A DNA stretch of 64,000 nt from Ferruginibacter sp. (GCA_039934735.1 JBDTLP010000009.1:3522-67521); one strand, 5' to 3'; counted from the stretch's first letter, positions 35,899-45,545 are shown. Numbers and translations: made by a program. Notes: generated by a model not told the origin, from the letters alone.

Positions 35899-37257
35899 TT
35901 ACTCATGACTCGTTATCCACGCAGAATGCCTGAACATTTCCCACTTTACATTTGCAAGATCAACGGTGCTATCCACCAATGGCATTGGTTTACTCCTGTT
36001 AAGGCTTACTGTTCCAATCGCATATACCTGCACGTTAGGAAACCCTTTTTCGGCGAATTCCTTTTTTAATCTTTGGGCATATTGCCAGATGATATCAGGT
36101 GAAATAGCCAGCCACATTATTTGTTTGGGTACAAATATTTTACCTGGTTCTACATTCCATATTTTGTGTGAGCTGGAGTCCATTACTTTAAAATATACCT
36201 TTCCACTCTTGGTTCTCATCATCATCTTCCAACTCATCCTGTAGCCTTCTTCGGTCCAGAAAACATTGCCAGGGAAAAGCCATGAGCGCATGGGAATAAG
36301 CAGTTGAAAAAAAAGATAGATTCCAAAACAGGCCATTAATATTTTTCTTTTCCTTGTATCTTTTTGCAAAGCAGAATTGTCTTCAATAACTGGCTGCTGC
36401 CGCCTGAAAAAGAAACGCTGAACCATTGGGGGATTCAAAAAAAATAAATTAAGTGCAATGGATAAGTAAGGGAAAATACCAATGCTAAATGTATATGAAT
36501 TAAAAAGATGAAACAGGCAAGCTATGAAGAAAGCACTTGTCTTTGTTCGTCTCCACAAAAGCAACGGAATGATCAGCAGGTCGAATAAAAAACCCCCATA
36601 GCAAATGAATAACTGAAACCATTTTTGTGCATAGAATTTTCCTGTTAAAAACCGGTGCGTAAAACCAGAGAATTGTATCCCGATGTATTTTCCCGAAAAC
36701 CAGTCTGACGACAATTTACTTGTAGCAGCAAAAAAATAAACGATCGCAACCTGCACCATGAAGATCCACAAATAATATCGATGACAACTGTTTGTTGTTT
36801 TAACTGCATGTCGTTTTGAGTCTATAGAAAAATAGCGGTTTGCCGGCATAAAGATCATGATCCAGGAAAGCAACAACATTAAATAATAATGATTATTGTA
36901 ATCCGCTTTTTGCATGAGGTACATAGCTGTCCACATTAAAGTAAAAGCGGTTATTGCAAACCGATACCAGGCACCCAGCATAATAAGCAGTGCCAATACG
37001 ATCATGATGCCTACATAGAAATACATTCCATTTCCCGGCAAGGATTGTAAAAATTCAAAACCGATATAAGTAAACGTAAATGGTGGCTTTATAAAATTTT
37101 CGTAAATGGTTCCATTAAAAATGGCCGTAAGAAAATGATAAGCCATTAAAAAACCAAATAACATTCTGAAAGCAATAAGCGGGCTGTTATTTACAGGCAA
37201 GAAAAGCCTTTGATAAAAAGATTGCTTTGGAAGATTATTTGCAAGCTGTGATGGCAT
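35899..37257 (-). CDS. HTTM-domain (vitamin-K-dependent gamma-carboxylase-like) membrane protein
   Basis: The N-terminus LFLPVNNSPLIAFRMLFGFLMAYHFL and the polytopic profile are typical of HTTM proteins. 452 aa. Confidence 0.75.
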   Translation of the reverse strand: MPSQLANNLPKQSFYQRLFLPVNNSPLIAFRMLFGFLMAYHFLTAIFNGTIYENFIKPPFTFTYIGFEFLQSLPGNGMYFYVGIMIVLALLIMLGAWYRFAITAFTLMWTAMYLMQKADYNNHYYLMLLLSWIMIFMPANRYFSIDSKRHAVKTTNSCHRYYLWIFMVQVAIVYFFAATSKLSSDWFSGKYIGIQFSGFTHRFLTGKFYAQKWFQLFICYGGFLFDLLIIPLLLWRRTKTSAFFIACLFHLFNSYTFSIGIFPYLSIALNLFFLNPPMVQRFFFRRQQPVIEDNSALQKDTRKRKILMACFGIYLFFQLLIPMRSWLFPGNVFWTEEGYRMSWKMMMRTKSGKVYFKVMDSSSHKIWNVEPGKIFVPKQIMWLAISPDIIWQYAQRLKKEFAEKGFPNVQVYAIGTVSLNRSKPMPLVDSTVDLANVKWEMFRHSAWITSHE

Positions 37258-37411
37258 AAGTGAAGAAAAAAAGTGGGTTAAAGTAAAGGTAATGAGTAAT
37301 ACGGAAATTTTTTTGGCAGGATTGTATAAATTGAAGAGTAAGCTACGACTGTTTTATGGTATGTATTTCAAACTAAATTTGCGATACCACCATTAACAAA
37401 GATTATAAGTA

Positions 37412-37419
37412 TAATTTTG
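37412..37419 (+). promoter_or_regulatory. Candidate -7 box (TAATTTTG) upstream of the SatD-like gene
   Basis: Matches TAnnTTTG and lies ~90 nt upstream of the start, immediately followed by two tandem 27-nt repeats. Confidence 0.3.
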
Positions 37420-37425
37420 TTCAAC

Positions 37426-37481
37426 AGGTTAAAAGCTTATAATATGGTATTATCAGGTTTAAGGCTTATATTATGTAATTA
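37426..37481 (+). promoter_or_regulatory. Two tandem 27-nt direct repeats (operator-like) between candidate promoter and SatD-like start
   Basis: aggttaaaagcttataatatggtatta (37426-37452) and aggtttaaggcttatattatgtaatta (37455-37481). Confidence 0.45.
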
Positions 37482-37509
37482 TTAGCTTTATTGCTTATTT
37501 TGTATAAAT

Positions 37510-38208
37510 TTGAATATTATGATTCAAGCTACAATTACGGGAGATGTAATTCATTCCACCAGACTGAATATTGAATATAGAGATTGGCTGTTTACAGAAA
37601 TTGCAGGTGTACTAAAACAGTTGAACATTGATTTTGGGATGAGAAGTGAAACTTTTCGTGGCTATAGTTTTCAGTGCTTAGTTAAAAAGCCTGTAGATGC
37701 TTTGAGGATTGCATTGCTTCAGAAGACATTTATAAGAAGCCTAAATCCAAGCGATTTATATGAGGGTCGAAAAAAAAATAAATCTTCGGCAGGAAAGGGG
37801 ATATTTTTTCCGACCTGGATATTTGATGCCCGAATTGCCATTGGCATAGGTGATGTAGATTCGGTGAAAAATAGTTTGGCTGCTTCAGGAGGGAAAGCAT
37901 TTCGATTGTCAGGGCAATTATTGGATAATATGAAAAAAAGAAAGCAATCATTTGCAATCGCTACTGATGACAAGTTCAATGATGAACTCGAAACGGAATT
38001 TATCTTATTAGATGCTATTATTTCAAAAACAACTGCGCTGCAATGTGAAGTAATAAACCTCAAATTACTGGGCTATACTGAAATGGAAATTGCAAAACGA
38101 TTAGATATTATGCAATCAGCCGTGAACCAGCGTAGTAATAGTGGAAATTGGAATGCTATGGAATCAATGCTAAAGCGTTTTGAAAAAATATACAATAATG
38201 AAAAATGA
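37510..38208 (+). CDS. SatD-family protein with C-terminal sigma70-region-4/LuxR-like HTH
   Basis: N-terminal ITGDVIHSTRL (the SatD GDxxxSR motif) and C-terminal LLGYTEMEIAKRLDIMQSAVNQR. TTG start at 37510 with an alternative ATG at 37519. Confidence 0.6.
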   Translation: MNIMIQATITGDVIHSTRLNIEYRDWLFTEIAGVLKQLNIDFGMRSETFRGYSFQCLVKKPVDALRIALLQKTFIRSLNPSDLYEGRKKNKSSAGKGIFFPTWIFDARIAIGIGDVDSVKNSLAASGGKAFRLSGQLLDNMKKRKQSFAIATDDKFNDELETEFILLDAIISKTTALQCEVINLKLLGYTEMEIAKRLDIMQSAVNQRSNSGNWNAMESMLKRFEKIYNNEK

Positions 38209-38254
38209 ACTTGTAATTTTTTCTATAGAACAGGGGAATTTGTAAATTCGCCTG

Positions 38255-38965
38255 TTGCTGGCACACATTATTAGTGATTTTATTCTGCAAACTGACAGGA
38301 TGGTTCAAAATAAGAAGTGGATTTCCGGGTATATGTTTTTGCATATAGCAATAGTATTTATCAGTTCTTTTATCCTAAGTGGTTTTTGGAAAATAAGTAT
38401 CATCATAGCAGTACTGCATTGGTTACTTGATTCGATTAAAGTTGAAATGCAATCAAGAACTTCTATAAAGTCTAATGTGTTATTTATTACGGATCAACTT
38501 TTTCATTTCCTGGTTATTGCATTGGTTTGGTTTATACATTTTGGCATATTTGATAAATTTCTTCAAACAATAGCAATGCCATTTTTTAATTATAAATGGA
38601 GTCTAATTCTATTGGCTTATGTATGGCTGTATTTTCCAGCGGGATACCTTATAAAATTTGCAACACAAAGTATTAGTCACACTACAGCAAATTCACAAAA
38701 TTCAGGGACAGTCGCAGAAGACAGGATTGAACATGGGGGAAAACTCATAGGGCAATTTGAAAGAGTAATTATCCTTACACTTGTTTTACTAAATCAATAT
38801 GATGCAATCGGATTTTTAATAACGAGAAAAAGTATTATTCGCTTTGCTGACCATAATAGCAATTTGAGAAGTGAATATGTGTTGGTAGGTACTATGATGA
38901 GTTATGCTTTTGCAATACTTACAGGGGCTTTTGTGAATTATATGCTTTCACTTTATATAAAATAA
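38255..38965 (+). CDS. DUF3307-family membrane protein (usual partner of SatD)
   Basis: LLAHIISDFILQTDRMVQNKK is the DUF3307 signature. Polytopic, with a TTG start. Confidence 0.6.
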   Translation: MLAHIISDFILQTDRMVQNKKWISGYMFLHIAIVFISSFILSGFWKISIIIAVLHWLLDSIKVEMQSRTSIKSNVLFITDQLFHFLVIALVWFIHFGIFDKFLQTIAMPFFNYKWSLILLAYVWLYFPAGYLIKFATQSISHTTANSQNSGTVAEDRIEHGGKLIGQFERVIILTLVLLNQYDAIGFLITRKSIIRFADHNSNLRSEYVLVGTMMSYAFAILTGAFVNYMLSLYIK

Positions 38966-39102
38966 GGAATACTGGATAATGCCTTATCGGTTTGGACTTG
39001 ATATTCAATTAAAGAAAAAGGATTAATAAAAAATTCGTTACCTTAATAAGCGATTAATCCAAATTGCTCCCAAGATTTTCTACCGAAACTAAAAACCCGA
39101 CC

Positions 39103-40032
39103 ATGAAACAAATTATTCTCTTTGTATTCACTGCATTTTTTATTACCGGCATTTATGCACAACCTTTCAGCAGCTACATCAATTCAACTTCTACCTGGAG
39201 TATGTACACGGGCGCTGCCGACGGAGTTAATTTTTACATGTCTCATTTTAGGTATGAGATCAATGCCGATACTACCATTGCGGGTAAAAATTATTTCAAA
39301 CTTTACAGGGTAGGAGTGGATTCCATTGTTCATTTCATGTATTCAGCACCTCCTGATGTAAGTTTTGATAGCAGCTACATAGGTGCGTTAAGGGAAGACC
39401 CATCTAAGAAACTTTATTTTATTTTTAAGAATGAATCAGTAGAAAGATTTCTTTACGACTTTGGTCTATTGCCTGGCATGACCTTACAAAATATGCATTC
39501 AAACTATGGTTGTAATAGCCCGGCGTTGGTAGTTCAGAGTTACGATATTGTTTATCTTGGCAATGTAGCTTTAAAAAGATTCAGGCTCGACAATCTTTTA
39601 ATAGAACCGATCATTGAAGGTGTTGGCAGTGTTGGTGGACTCATTGAGCAGGGGAGTATGTGTTTGGCTTATCATAATAACACAACCCTGATCTGTTATA
39701 AAAAAGACAATGCTATCCTTGAAGTAAACACGGCAAACTTTCCATGCAATCAGAAAATAGATAGCATCTTAGTTCCTGTTGTTGATAATCCCTGCAATGA
39801 ATTTTTAATTTACCCAAATCCTGCTATCGATAAAATTTACATTCGTGCTGCCTGCGCAGACCAGATCAGGGCAGTCAGATTGATTAATCCATTGGGACAA
39901 AAAATTATGATCCTAACAGGCTTGCAGCAAAATTATTTAGCGCTAAATGTTTCTATGTTACCCAAGGGTGTGTTTTTTGTTTGCATTGAAACGAATAAGG
40001 GCCTTATTACAAAAAAAGTTGTGAAGGGTTGA
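39103..40032 (+). CDS. T9SS-secreted protein of unknown function
   Basis: Signal peptide MKQIILFVFTAFFITGIYAQ at ATG 39103 (the track ORF begins at an upstream TTG). T9SS C-terminal domain: FLIYPNPAIDKIYIR...GVFFVCIETNKGLITKKVVKG. Confidence 0.7.
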   Translation: MKQIILFVFTAFFITGIYAQPFSSYINSTSTWSMYTGAADGVNFYMSHFRYEINADTTIAGKNYFKLYRVGVDSIVHFMYSAPPDVSFDSSYIGALREDPSKKLYFIFKNESVERFLYDFGLLPGMTLQNMHSNYGCNSPALVVQSYDIVYLGNVALKRFRLDNLLIEPIIEGVGSVGGLIEQGSMCLAYHNNTTLICYKKDNAILEVNTANFPCNQKIDSILVPVVDNPCNEFLIYPNPAIDKIYIRAACADQIRAVRLINPLGQKIMILTGLQQNYLALNVSMLPKGVFFVCIETNKGLITKKVVKG

Positions 40033-40055
40033 TATTATCTTTACCAACTTAACAC

Positions 40056-41072
40056 ATGAATATAAATAAGTGTCTGCAAATGCGAAATTATTTTATAGCA
40101 ATCTCTCTTTTACTTTCTCTTCATTTATTTGCACAAACCCCAACGCCGGAAAGTTTAGGGCTTCGACACTTACAAACAATTTATCAAAATGATACCGTTG
40201 ATATTTTAATAAAATCAAAAAAAGGAGATGAGCTAAAACCAAAACCTGTTTTTTTATTTATACAAGGCTCTCTGCCAAAGCCATTGATCATTGTGTATGA
40301 TACAACACATGCCTACCAGGTTTTTCCTTTTAAGCTAGATAGCATGTTGGAAAAATATCATGTCGCCATCATTGGCAAACCTTATATTCCTTTAGTCGTG
40401 AATCAAAATGAATTGACAAAAACAAATTATGTAGATCCAGCCACAAAAGAATTTCCTGCAGCTTATACAAAAAGAAATTACCCCGGCTATTATGTTCAGC
40501 GGGATAAAGTTGTGATCCGGTTTTTACAAAAGCAATCGTGGGTAACGAAAAATAAGTTTGTTGTTGCAGGGCATTCAGAAGGAAGTACGGTTGCAGCAAA
40601 GCTGGCAAGTATTTCAAAAGAAGTGACCCAACTTATTTATTTAAGTGGAAATCCTTTTGGCAGAATATTATCAATGATAGAAGAAAGCCGCAGTAAAGAA
40701 ACAAATGCCAATATGCTTGCTGAAAATAATTTCACTTATTGGGAAAGGGTAGTAGATAGTCCCAATGATATGAATGATAAAGGCGATACACATAAAGCAA
40801 CATACGATTTTTCATTTCCATCCATTGAGTATTTAAAAAGGTTATCCATTCCCGTTTTAGTTGCGTACGGAACAAAAGATTATTGCTCTCCCTATAATGA
40901 TCTTTTGCGTGTGGAAATGATGCGGTCAAAGAAAAATAATTTTACTTTCAAAGCTTATATTGGGCTTGAGCATAATTTTTTTCCATTGGATAAGAATGGA
41001 ATGCCTGATTATGATATTTATAATTGGGACAAGATTGGCGAGGATATATACCAATGGCTGATTTCACAATAA
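40056..41072 (+). CDS. Secreted alpha/beta-hydrolase
   Basis: Nucleophile elbow VVAGHSEGSTVAA (GxSxG) and a signal-like N-terminus; the start may be MRNYF at 40080. Confidence 0.7.
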   Translation: MNINKCLQMRNYFIAISLLLSLHLFAQTPTPESLGLRHLQTIYQNDTVDILIKSKKGDELKPKPVFLFIQGSLPKPLIIVYDTTHAYQVFPFKLDSMLEKYHVAIIGKPYIPLVVNQNELTKTNYVDPATKEFPAAYTKRNYPGYYVQRDKVVIRFLQKQSWVTKNKFVVAGHSEGSTVAAKLASISKEVTQLIYLSGNPFGRILSMIEESRSKETNANMLAENNFTYWERVVDSPNDMNDKGDTHKATYDFSFPSIEYLKRLSIPVLVAYGTKDYCSPYNDLLRVEMMRSKKNNFTFKAYIGLEHNFFPLDKNGMPDYDIYNWDKIGEDIYQWLISQ

Positions 41073-41124
41073 GAGAATCATTATAATGTTATGTATTGTA
41101 ACTTCAGCCAAAAAATAAAGGCTT

Positions 41125-41934
41125 ATGCGATCTTTTTTATTGAGCTTATTGATGTTATCATGCAACGATTGTTTCGCACAAAACATAAGTGAGCAAAAAT
41201 TATTGCAAACAATAAAATCAGGTTTCTGTGAAGATAATCATGCAAAGTGTATTGCCAAACAACTTCGGTATTTAAATGCATGTGATCAACTTGGAGATTA
41301 TTATTTAAAGCAAAAAAAATATTTGCCAGCGTTTAAATATTATACTTTGCCAATGAGCCTGAATGGACATACAACTATGTTCATTTCTGATGCTGCTTTA
41401 AAATTAAGAAACGATGTAATTGGAAAGGCTGGCAACATGATATTACTGGGGCAGGGAAGGATGAAAAATAAGAAAGAAGCTTTTTATTATCATAACCAAC
41501 TACCCTATACGTTATCAAATGACCAGCGTTTGAATTATTCGAATATTTATTTTAATTCACTAAAAGATACATGCTATTTTTCTGGCCGGGATGCTAATAA
41601 CCAGTTGTTACTGGTTATATCAATAAACCCATTTTTTGTTGATGACAGTTTAACGATTGTTAAAGTGAGGAATGAAGTTTTATATATTAAAAAAATACTT
41701 TCGGCTGATAGTAGCATGACTTGTGTTTTGGGAATACTTCCTGGATCTATTCCAATTAGCGAAGAAGGTCAAGGGCATTTGCAACTTTTTTTGAATAAAG
41801 TAAGTAAGCAATTGATAGCTGAATATCCTGGAAGAGTTGATGGAGAGTTGGTGATAGGAGAGGAACTTCCAATGCAGTTTAGAAAAAATGGAATTGTTTT
41901 TCCGGCATTGAAAATTTCACTGAATAAAAAATGA
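41125..41934 (+). CDS. Hypothetical secreted protein
   Basis: Signal-like MRSFLLSLLMLSCNDCFAQ; no catalytic motif recognised. Confidence 0.5.
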   Translation: MRSFLLSLLMLSCNDCFAQNISEQKLLQTIKSGFCEDNHAKCIAKQLRYLNACDQLGDYYLKQKKYLPAFKYYTLPMSLNGHTTMFISDAALKLRNDVIGKAGNMILLGQGRMKNKKEAFYYHNQLPYTLSNDQRLNYSNIYFNSLKDTCYFSGRDANNQLLLVISINPFFVDDSLTIVKVRNEVLYIKKILSADSSMTCVLGILPGSIPISEEGQGHLQLFLNKVSKQLIAEYPGRVDGELVIGEELPMQFRKNGIVFPALKISLNKK

Positions 41935-41983
41935 TGGTGGTTATAAGAAGCTGTTTAAAAATAGAATTTTTATTTTCCAGCTT

Positions 41984-42289
41984 GAGGTTGGTGGGGACAC
42001 CAACCTCGGCGTAACACCGTGGCTGGTGTCGCCACTACAACTGTTCGGAAGATTTTTACAAAAGATCTACGCCGAGGATTGGAACGTGGATGACACGGAC
42101 CCGGCGCCTGCCCGGCTGATGCCAGTCAGACGGGGATTATCAGTGATAAGCTGCGACAGCAGCTTATCACTGATAATAAACTTATTAATTGATCTGTAAT
42201 TTTTTGGAACAAAAAATAAATCCGTGTTCATCCGCCTGGTCCGTGTCATCCGCGTTCCAATCATTGGGGTAGATAAAAAACTTCCGAAC
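41984..42289 (+). other. GC-rich, highly structured ~300-nt element (candidate ncRNA or MITE)
   Basis: Nested inverted repeats. Hairpin 41984-42007: 10-bp stem with a GGGA loop. cctcggcg (42004) pairs with cgccgagg (42071). gttcggaag (42043) pairs with cttccgaac (42281). The 25-nt gattggaacgtggatgacacggacc (42077-42101) pairs with 42238-42262, with a single T-G (wobble) mismatch. A perfect 18-19-bp hairpin at 42137-42176 has a GACA loop. Confidence 0.6.
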
Positions 42290-42371
42290 ACTTATGGTGT
42301 CGCCACCGGTCACTCATTAATTATAAGATATTCTAAAAATCGTTTTTGCATTGTTACTAAAAGGATAGTAG

Positions 42372-42923
42372 TTATTTTTCAAGCAACACTTTTAGCACTT
42401 CCAATTTCTTTCCCCAATAATCTTTTAACTCTATTGCATTTTCATTATCAGCAATTTTCATGTGCTGTACAACTACCTGCGATTTATTTTCTCCTTTTGT
42501 ATAAAAGTCAACACTCAGGCTTGTAATGCCATCACTCCAGGTAATTCTTGCTGATTTATTTTGGGTCGCTTTGCGTATGATGATCTTTTCTTTAGCAAGC
42601 CATTTGTTTCTGAGTTTATCATCTATCCAGTGATTATATAAAATATCGATGGATACATTTATTGTTTTACTAACGCCAATTTCAAAACCATTTTCTTTTT
42701 CGCCGCGTTCTTTTATTCCGCGGTTCCATTCATAAGTGGTTGTAAAAAGATTCTGGTTCCATTCACCAAGCAGGTTTAATTCTTTAATGCTGCCAACAAG
42801 ATTAAAAATGTCGATATGCTTCATTTTATTTGCGCCTTTTTTATCAAGCAGTTTAAACCATTCCTCCATGGTCTTTCCTGTTTTTTCAACTACAAGTTTA
42901 TCGGTAATAATAGCCCTGGCCAT
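42372..42923 (-). CDS. DUF4287 plus SRPBCC (AHSA1-like) domain protein
   Basis: The likely start is MARAIITDKLVVEKTGKTMEEWFKLL at 42923. The track ORF extends upstream through a repeat hairpin. The C-terminal part resembles the Aha1/SRPBCC fold. Confidence 0.6.
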   Translation of the reverse strand: MARAIITDKLVVEKTGKTMEEWFKLLDKKGANKMKHIDIFNLVGSIKELNLLGEWNQNLFTTTYEWNRGIKERGEKENGFEIGVSKTINVSIDILYNHWIDDKLRNKWLAKEKIIIRKATQNKSARITWSDGITSLSVDFYTKGENKSQVVVQHMKIADNENAIELKDYWGKKLEVLKVLLEK

Positions 42924-42950
42924 ATGTACATTTTTAGGAATGAAGATACA

Positions 42951-43018
42951 AAATGTCTGATGTCTGATGTTTTGATGTCTGAATTTGGCTATGTCCGACA
43001 TGCAAAAATCAGACATTT
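42951..43018. repeat. (ATGTCTG)n-type hairpin between divergent genes
   Basis: aaatgtctgatgtctgatgttttgatgtctga pairs with ..tcagacattt. It includes the local palindrome atgtccgacat. Confidence 0.7.
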
Positions 43019-43053
43019 GAGATTTTTTTGTAAGTTTACGCCACAATAAAACA

Positions 43054-43434
43054 ATGGACATGAAAAAAGTAATTTTTGTTTCTTTCTCGGTTCTAACATT
43101 TATAGCTTGTTCTCATAAAGTAATTAGTTCAACTTCTGCTTCCGGTTCTGCTTCAACAGAAAAACCAAAAATGGATGCTACGGGCTTGTATAATTCCAAT
43201 GTAAAAGCTATTCTTGAAGCTAAATGTACACCTTGTCATTTTCCTGCTCAAGGGGGAAATAAGCCTGCATTTGACAGCTATACTTCTGCAAGTTCACAAA
43301 TAGATGAAATGCTTGAAAGGGTACAATTGAAACCTGACGAGCGTGGTTACATGCCATTCAAGGGAAAGAAGGAAGCACTGACTGCAGCAGAAATTGCTTC
43401 TCTTAAAGAATGGAAAGCGGCATTGGGAAAATAA
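43054..43434 (+). CDS. Lipoprotein with c-type cytochrome (CxxCH, PSCyt1-like) domain
   Basis: Lipobox TFIAC and the heme motif CTPCH, followed by a distal MPF and a WKA tail typical of PSCyt1-like domains. Confidence 0.6.
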   Translation: MDMKKVIFVSFSVLTFIACSHKVISSTSASGSASTEKPKMDATGLYNSNVKAILEAKCTPCHFPAQGGNKPAFDSYTSASSQIDEMLERVQLKPDERGYMPFKGKKEALTAAEIASLKEWKAALGK

Positions 43435-43436
43435 GA

Positions 43437-43469
43437 CCAATTGACAATTAACAATTGATAATTGACAAT
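43437..43469. repeat. CAATTGA/CAATTAA heptamer array
   Basis: ccaattgacaattaacaattgataattgacaat starts 3 nt after the stop at 43434. The units are self-complementary (CAATTG). Confidence 0.7.
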
Positions 43470-43532
43470 GCTGAGGTTCTAAGAGATACAAACAAGCGTT
43501 TGTTCAAAATCATAGCAATTGTATTTAGAAAT

Positions 43533-43823
43533 ATGTTAGAATTACGTCCAACCTGCGAGCATTGTAATAAGCCATTACCATACAATTCTACTGAAGCGAT
43601 GATCTGTACATTTGAATGTACATTTTGTGAAGAATGTGTAAGTGAATTGCTTATGAATGTTTGCCCTAATTGCGGAGGCGGATTTGTTTCACGCCCAATA
43701 AGGCCAAAGAGCTATCTTGAAAAATATCCTCCCGGCACAGTACCTGTATATAAACCTTTCGATCTTGTAACACATGCAGTACGAATACAAAATCTTTCAA
43801 ACATACACCCCAAAGACAGGTAG
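43533..43823 (+). CDS. DUF1272-family cysteine-rich (zinc-ribbon-like) protein
   Basis: MLELRPTCEHCNKPLPYNSTEAMICTFECTFCEECV...CPNCGGGFVSRPIRP matches the DUF1272 pattern. The track start at 43455 lies inside the repeat array. Confidence 0.7.
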   Translation: MLELRPTCEHCNKPLPYNSTEAMICTFECTFCEECVSELLMNVCPNCGGGFVSRPIRPKSYLEKYPPGTVPVYKPFDLVTHAVRIQNLSNIHPKDR

Positions 43824-43850
43824 TAAAGACCAACATAAGAAAATCATTCC

Positions 43851-43871
43851 CGATTGCCGATTGCCGATTGC
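43851..43871. repeat. (CGATTGC)x3 heptamer repeat
   Basis: cgattgccgattgccgattgc; no inverted partner nearby. Confidence 0.7.
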
Positions 43872-43916
43872 CTTCCCCTTCGTAATTTGCCGCACTAAAC
43901 GCATATACCAAACAGT

Positions 43917-45545
43917 ATGAATATCGAATTCAACAAAAATGAAGATGCCCTTAAACTGGCATGGAGCCAGGTGAGGCAAAAGCTTGAAAAAATTTATGAA
44001 GGTGGTGGAAAGAAATCAGCCCAGAAACAAAAGGAAAAAAATAAACTCACTGCAAGAGAGCGAATCAGTTATTTAACGGATGATAATACGCCATTCATTG
44101 AAATTGGCGCCTTTGCAGGTTATGAAATGTATGAAGAGTATGGCGGTTGTCCGGCAGGCGGCACCGTTAGTGGCGTTGGTTATGTGAGTGGAAGACAATG
44201 TATCATTGTTGCCAATGACCAAACAGTAAAAGCAGGTGCCTGGTTTCCAATAACAGGGAAGAAGAATTTACGCATGCAGGAAATTTCCATGGAGAACAAA
44301 TTGCCGATCATTTATATTGTAGATAGCGCAGGTGTTTTTCTTCCAATGCAGGATGAAATATTTCCTGATAAAGAAAACTTCGGACGTATTTTCAGGAACA
44401 ATGCAAAGATGAGTGCCATGGGCATTACCCAGATAGCGGCTGTAACTGGTGCTTGTGTTGCAGGTGGTGCATACCTGCCTATCATGAGCGATGAGACGCT
44501 GATCGTTGAAGGCAATGGTTCTATTTATTTAGCGGGCCCTTATCTGGTTAAAGCAGCCATTGGTGAAGACGTTGATAGTGAAACTTTGGGTGGTGCTGTT
44601 ACACATACAGAAATTTCCGGCATTGCAGATTATAAATTTAAAACGGAACAGGAATGTCTTGATAAGGTTAAAAGCATCATGGGCAAACTTGGACCTGTTA
44701 CCCATGCAGGTTTCAATCGTGTTCCTGCAAAACTTCCAAAAAGCGATAAGGGTGAAATATATGGCATCATGAGTGAAGGAAATACAAAGCCTTATGATAT
44801 GTTGCATTTGATCGATTGTATTATTGATGCAAATAGTTTTGATGAATTTAAACAAGACTATGGTAAAACAATTGTGTGTGGTTATGCACGTGTGGATGGA
44901 TGGGCAGTTGGTATTGTTGCTAATCAGCGCCTCATTGTGAAAAGTAAAAAAGGAGAGATGCAACTAGGCGGAGTAATTTATAATGACAGTGCCGATAAAG
45001 CAGCAAGATTTATTATGAATTGTAACCAGAAAAAAATTCCTTTGGTTTTTTTACAGGATGTTACAGGATTTATGGTTGGCAGCAGGAGTGAGCATTCAGG
45101 TATCATTAAAGATGGAGCGAAGCTGGTGAATGCGGTGTCAAATTCTGTGGTGCCAAAAATTACAATCATAGTTGGTAATTCTTACGGTGCTGGTAATTAT
45201 GCCATGTGCGGTAAAGCATACGATCCCCGTTTTATTTATGCATGGCCAACGGCAAAGATTGCAGTAATGGGTGGCGAACAGGCAGCAAAGACCATGTTGC
45301 AGATACAGGTTGCCGGTATGAAAGCGAAGGGGCAGGAGGTAAGTGCCGAAGAAGAAAAAGCTATACTTGACAAAATTACGGATAACTACACCAGGCAGAC
45401 AAAACCTTTTTATGCAGCCGCACGCTTATGGGTAGACGCAATCATTGATCCGGGAGAAACACGCCGTGTTATTTCAGAAGGAATTAAAGCAGCTGATCAT
45501 AATTCGGATATGGCGGAGTTTAAGATGGGGGTATTCCAGGTGTGA
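43917..45545 (+). CDS. Acyl-CoA carboxylase carboxyltransferase (beta) subunit (methylcrotonyl/propionyl-CoA carboxylase type)
   Basis: 542 aa. LTARERISYL...GVGYVSGRQCIIVANDQTVKAGAW and the second CT subdomain are diagnostic of carboxyl_trans family proteins. Confidence 0.9.
   Translation: MNIEFNKNEDALKLAWSQVRQKLEKIYEGGGKKSAQKQKEKNKLTARERISYLTDDNTPFIEIGAFAGYEMYEEYGGCPAGGTVSGVGYVSGRQCIIVANDQTVKAGAWFPITGKKNLRMQEISMENKLPIIYIVDSAGVFLPMQDEIFPDKENFGRIFRNNAKMSAMGITQIAAVTGACVAGGAYLPIMSDETLIVEGNGSIYLAGPYLVKAAIGEDVDSETLGGAVTHTEISGIADYKFKTEQECLDKVKSIMGKLGPVTHAGFNRVPAKLPKSDKGEIYGIMSEGNTKPYDMLHLIDCIIDANSFDEFKQDYGKTIVCGYARVDGWAVGIVANQRLIVKSKKGEMQLGGVIYNDSADKAARFIMNCNQKKIPLVFLQDVTGFMVGSRSEHSGIIKDGAKLVNAVSNSVVPKITIIVGNSYGAGNYAMCGKAYDPRFIYAWPTAKIAVMGGEQAAKTMLQIQVAGMKAKGQEVSAEEEKAILDKITDNYTRQTKPFYAAARLWVDAIIDPGETRRVISEGIKAADHNSDMAEFKMGVFQV

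Noticed and set aside
42067-42526. 74-aa (-) and 100-aa (+) ORFs across the GC-rich structured element
   Set aside because: They are Arg/Thr-rich or low-complexity translations of inverted repeats. The region is better explained as structured RNA or a MITE.
42924-43061. N-terminal 46-aa extension of the SRPBCC gene. The extended track starts at 43455 (DUF1272) and 46976 (YraN) are of the same kind.
   Set aside because: The extensions translate heptamer-repeat hairpin arms (MSDFCMSD.., IHHTSNTIHLTSY..). Family-typical N-termini begin at the internal ATGs 42923, 43533 and 47057.
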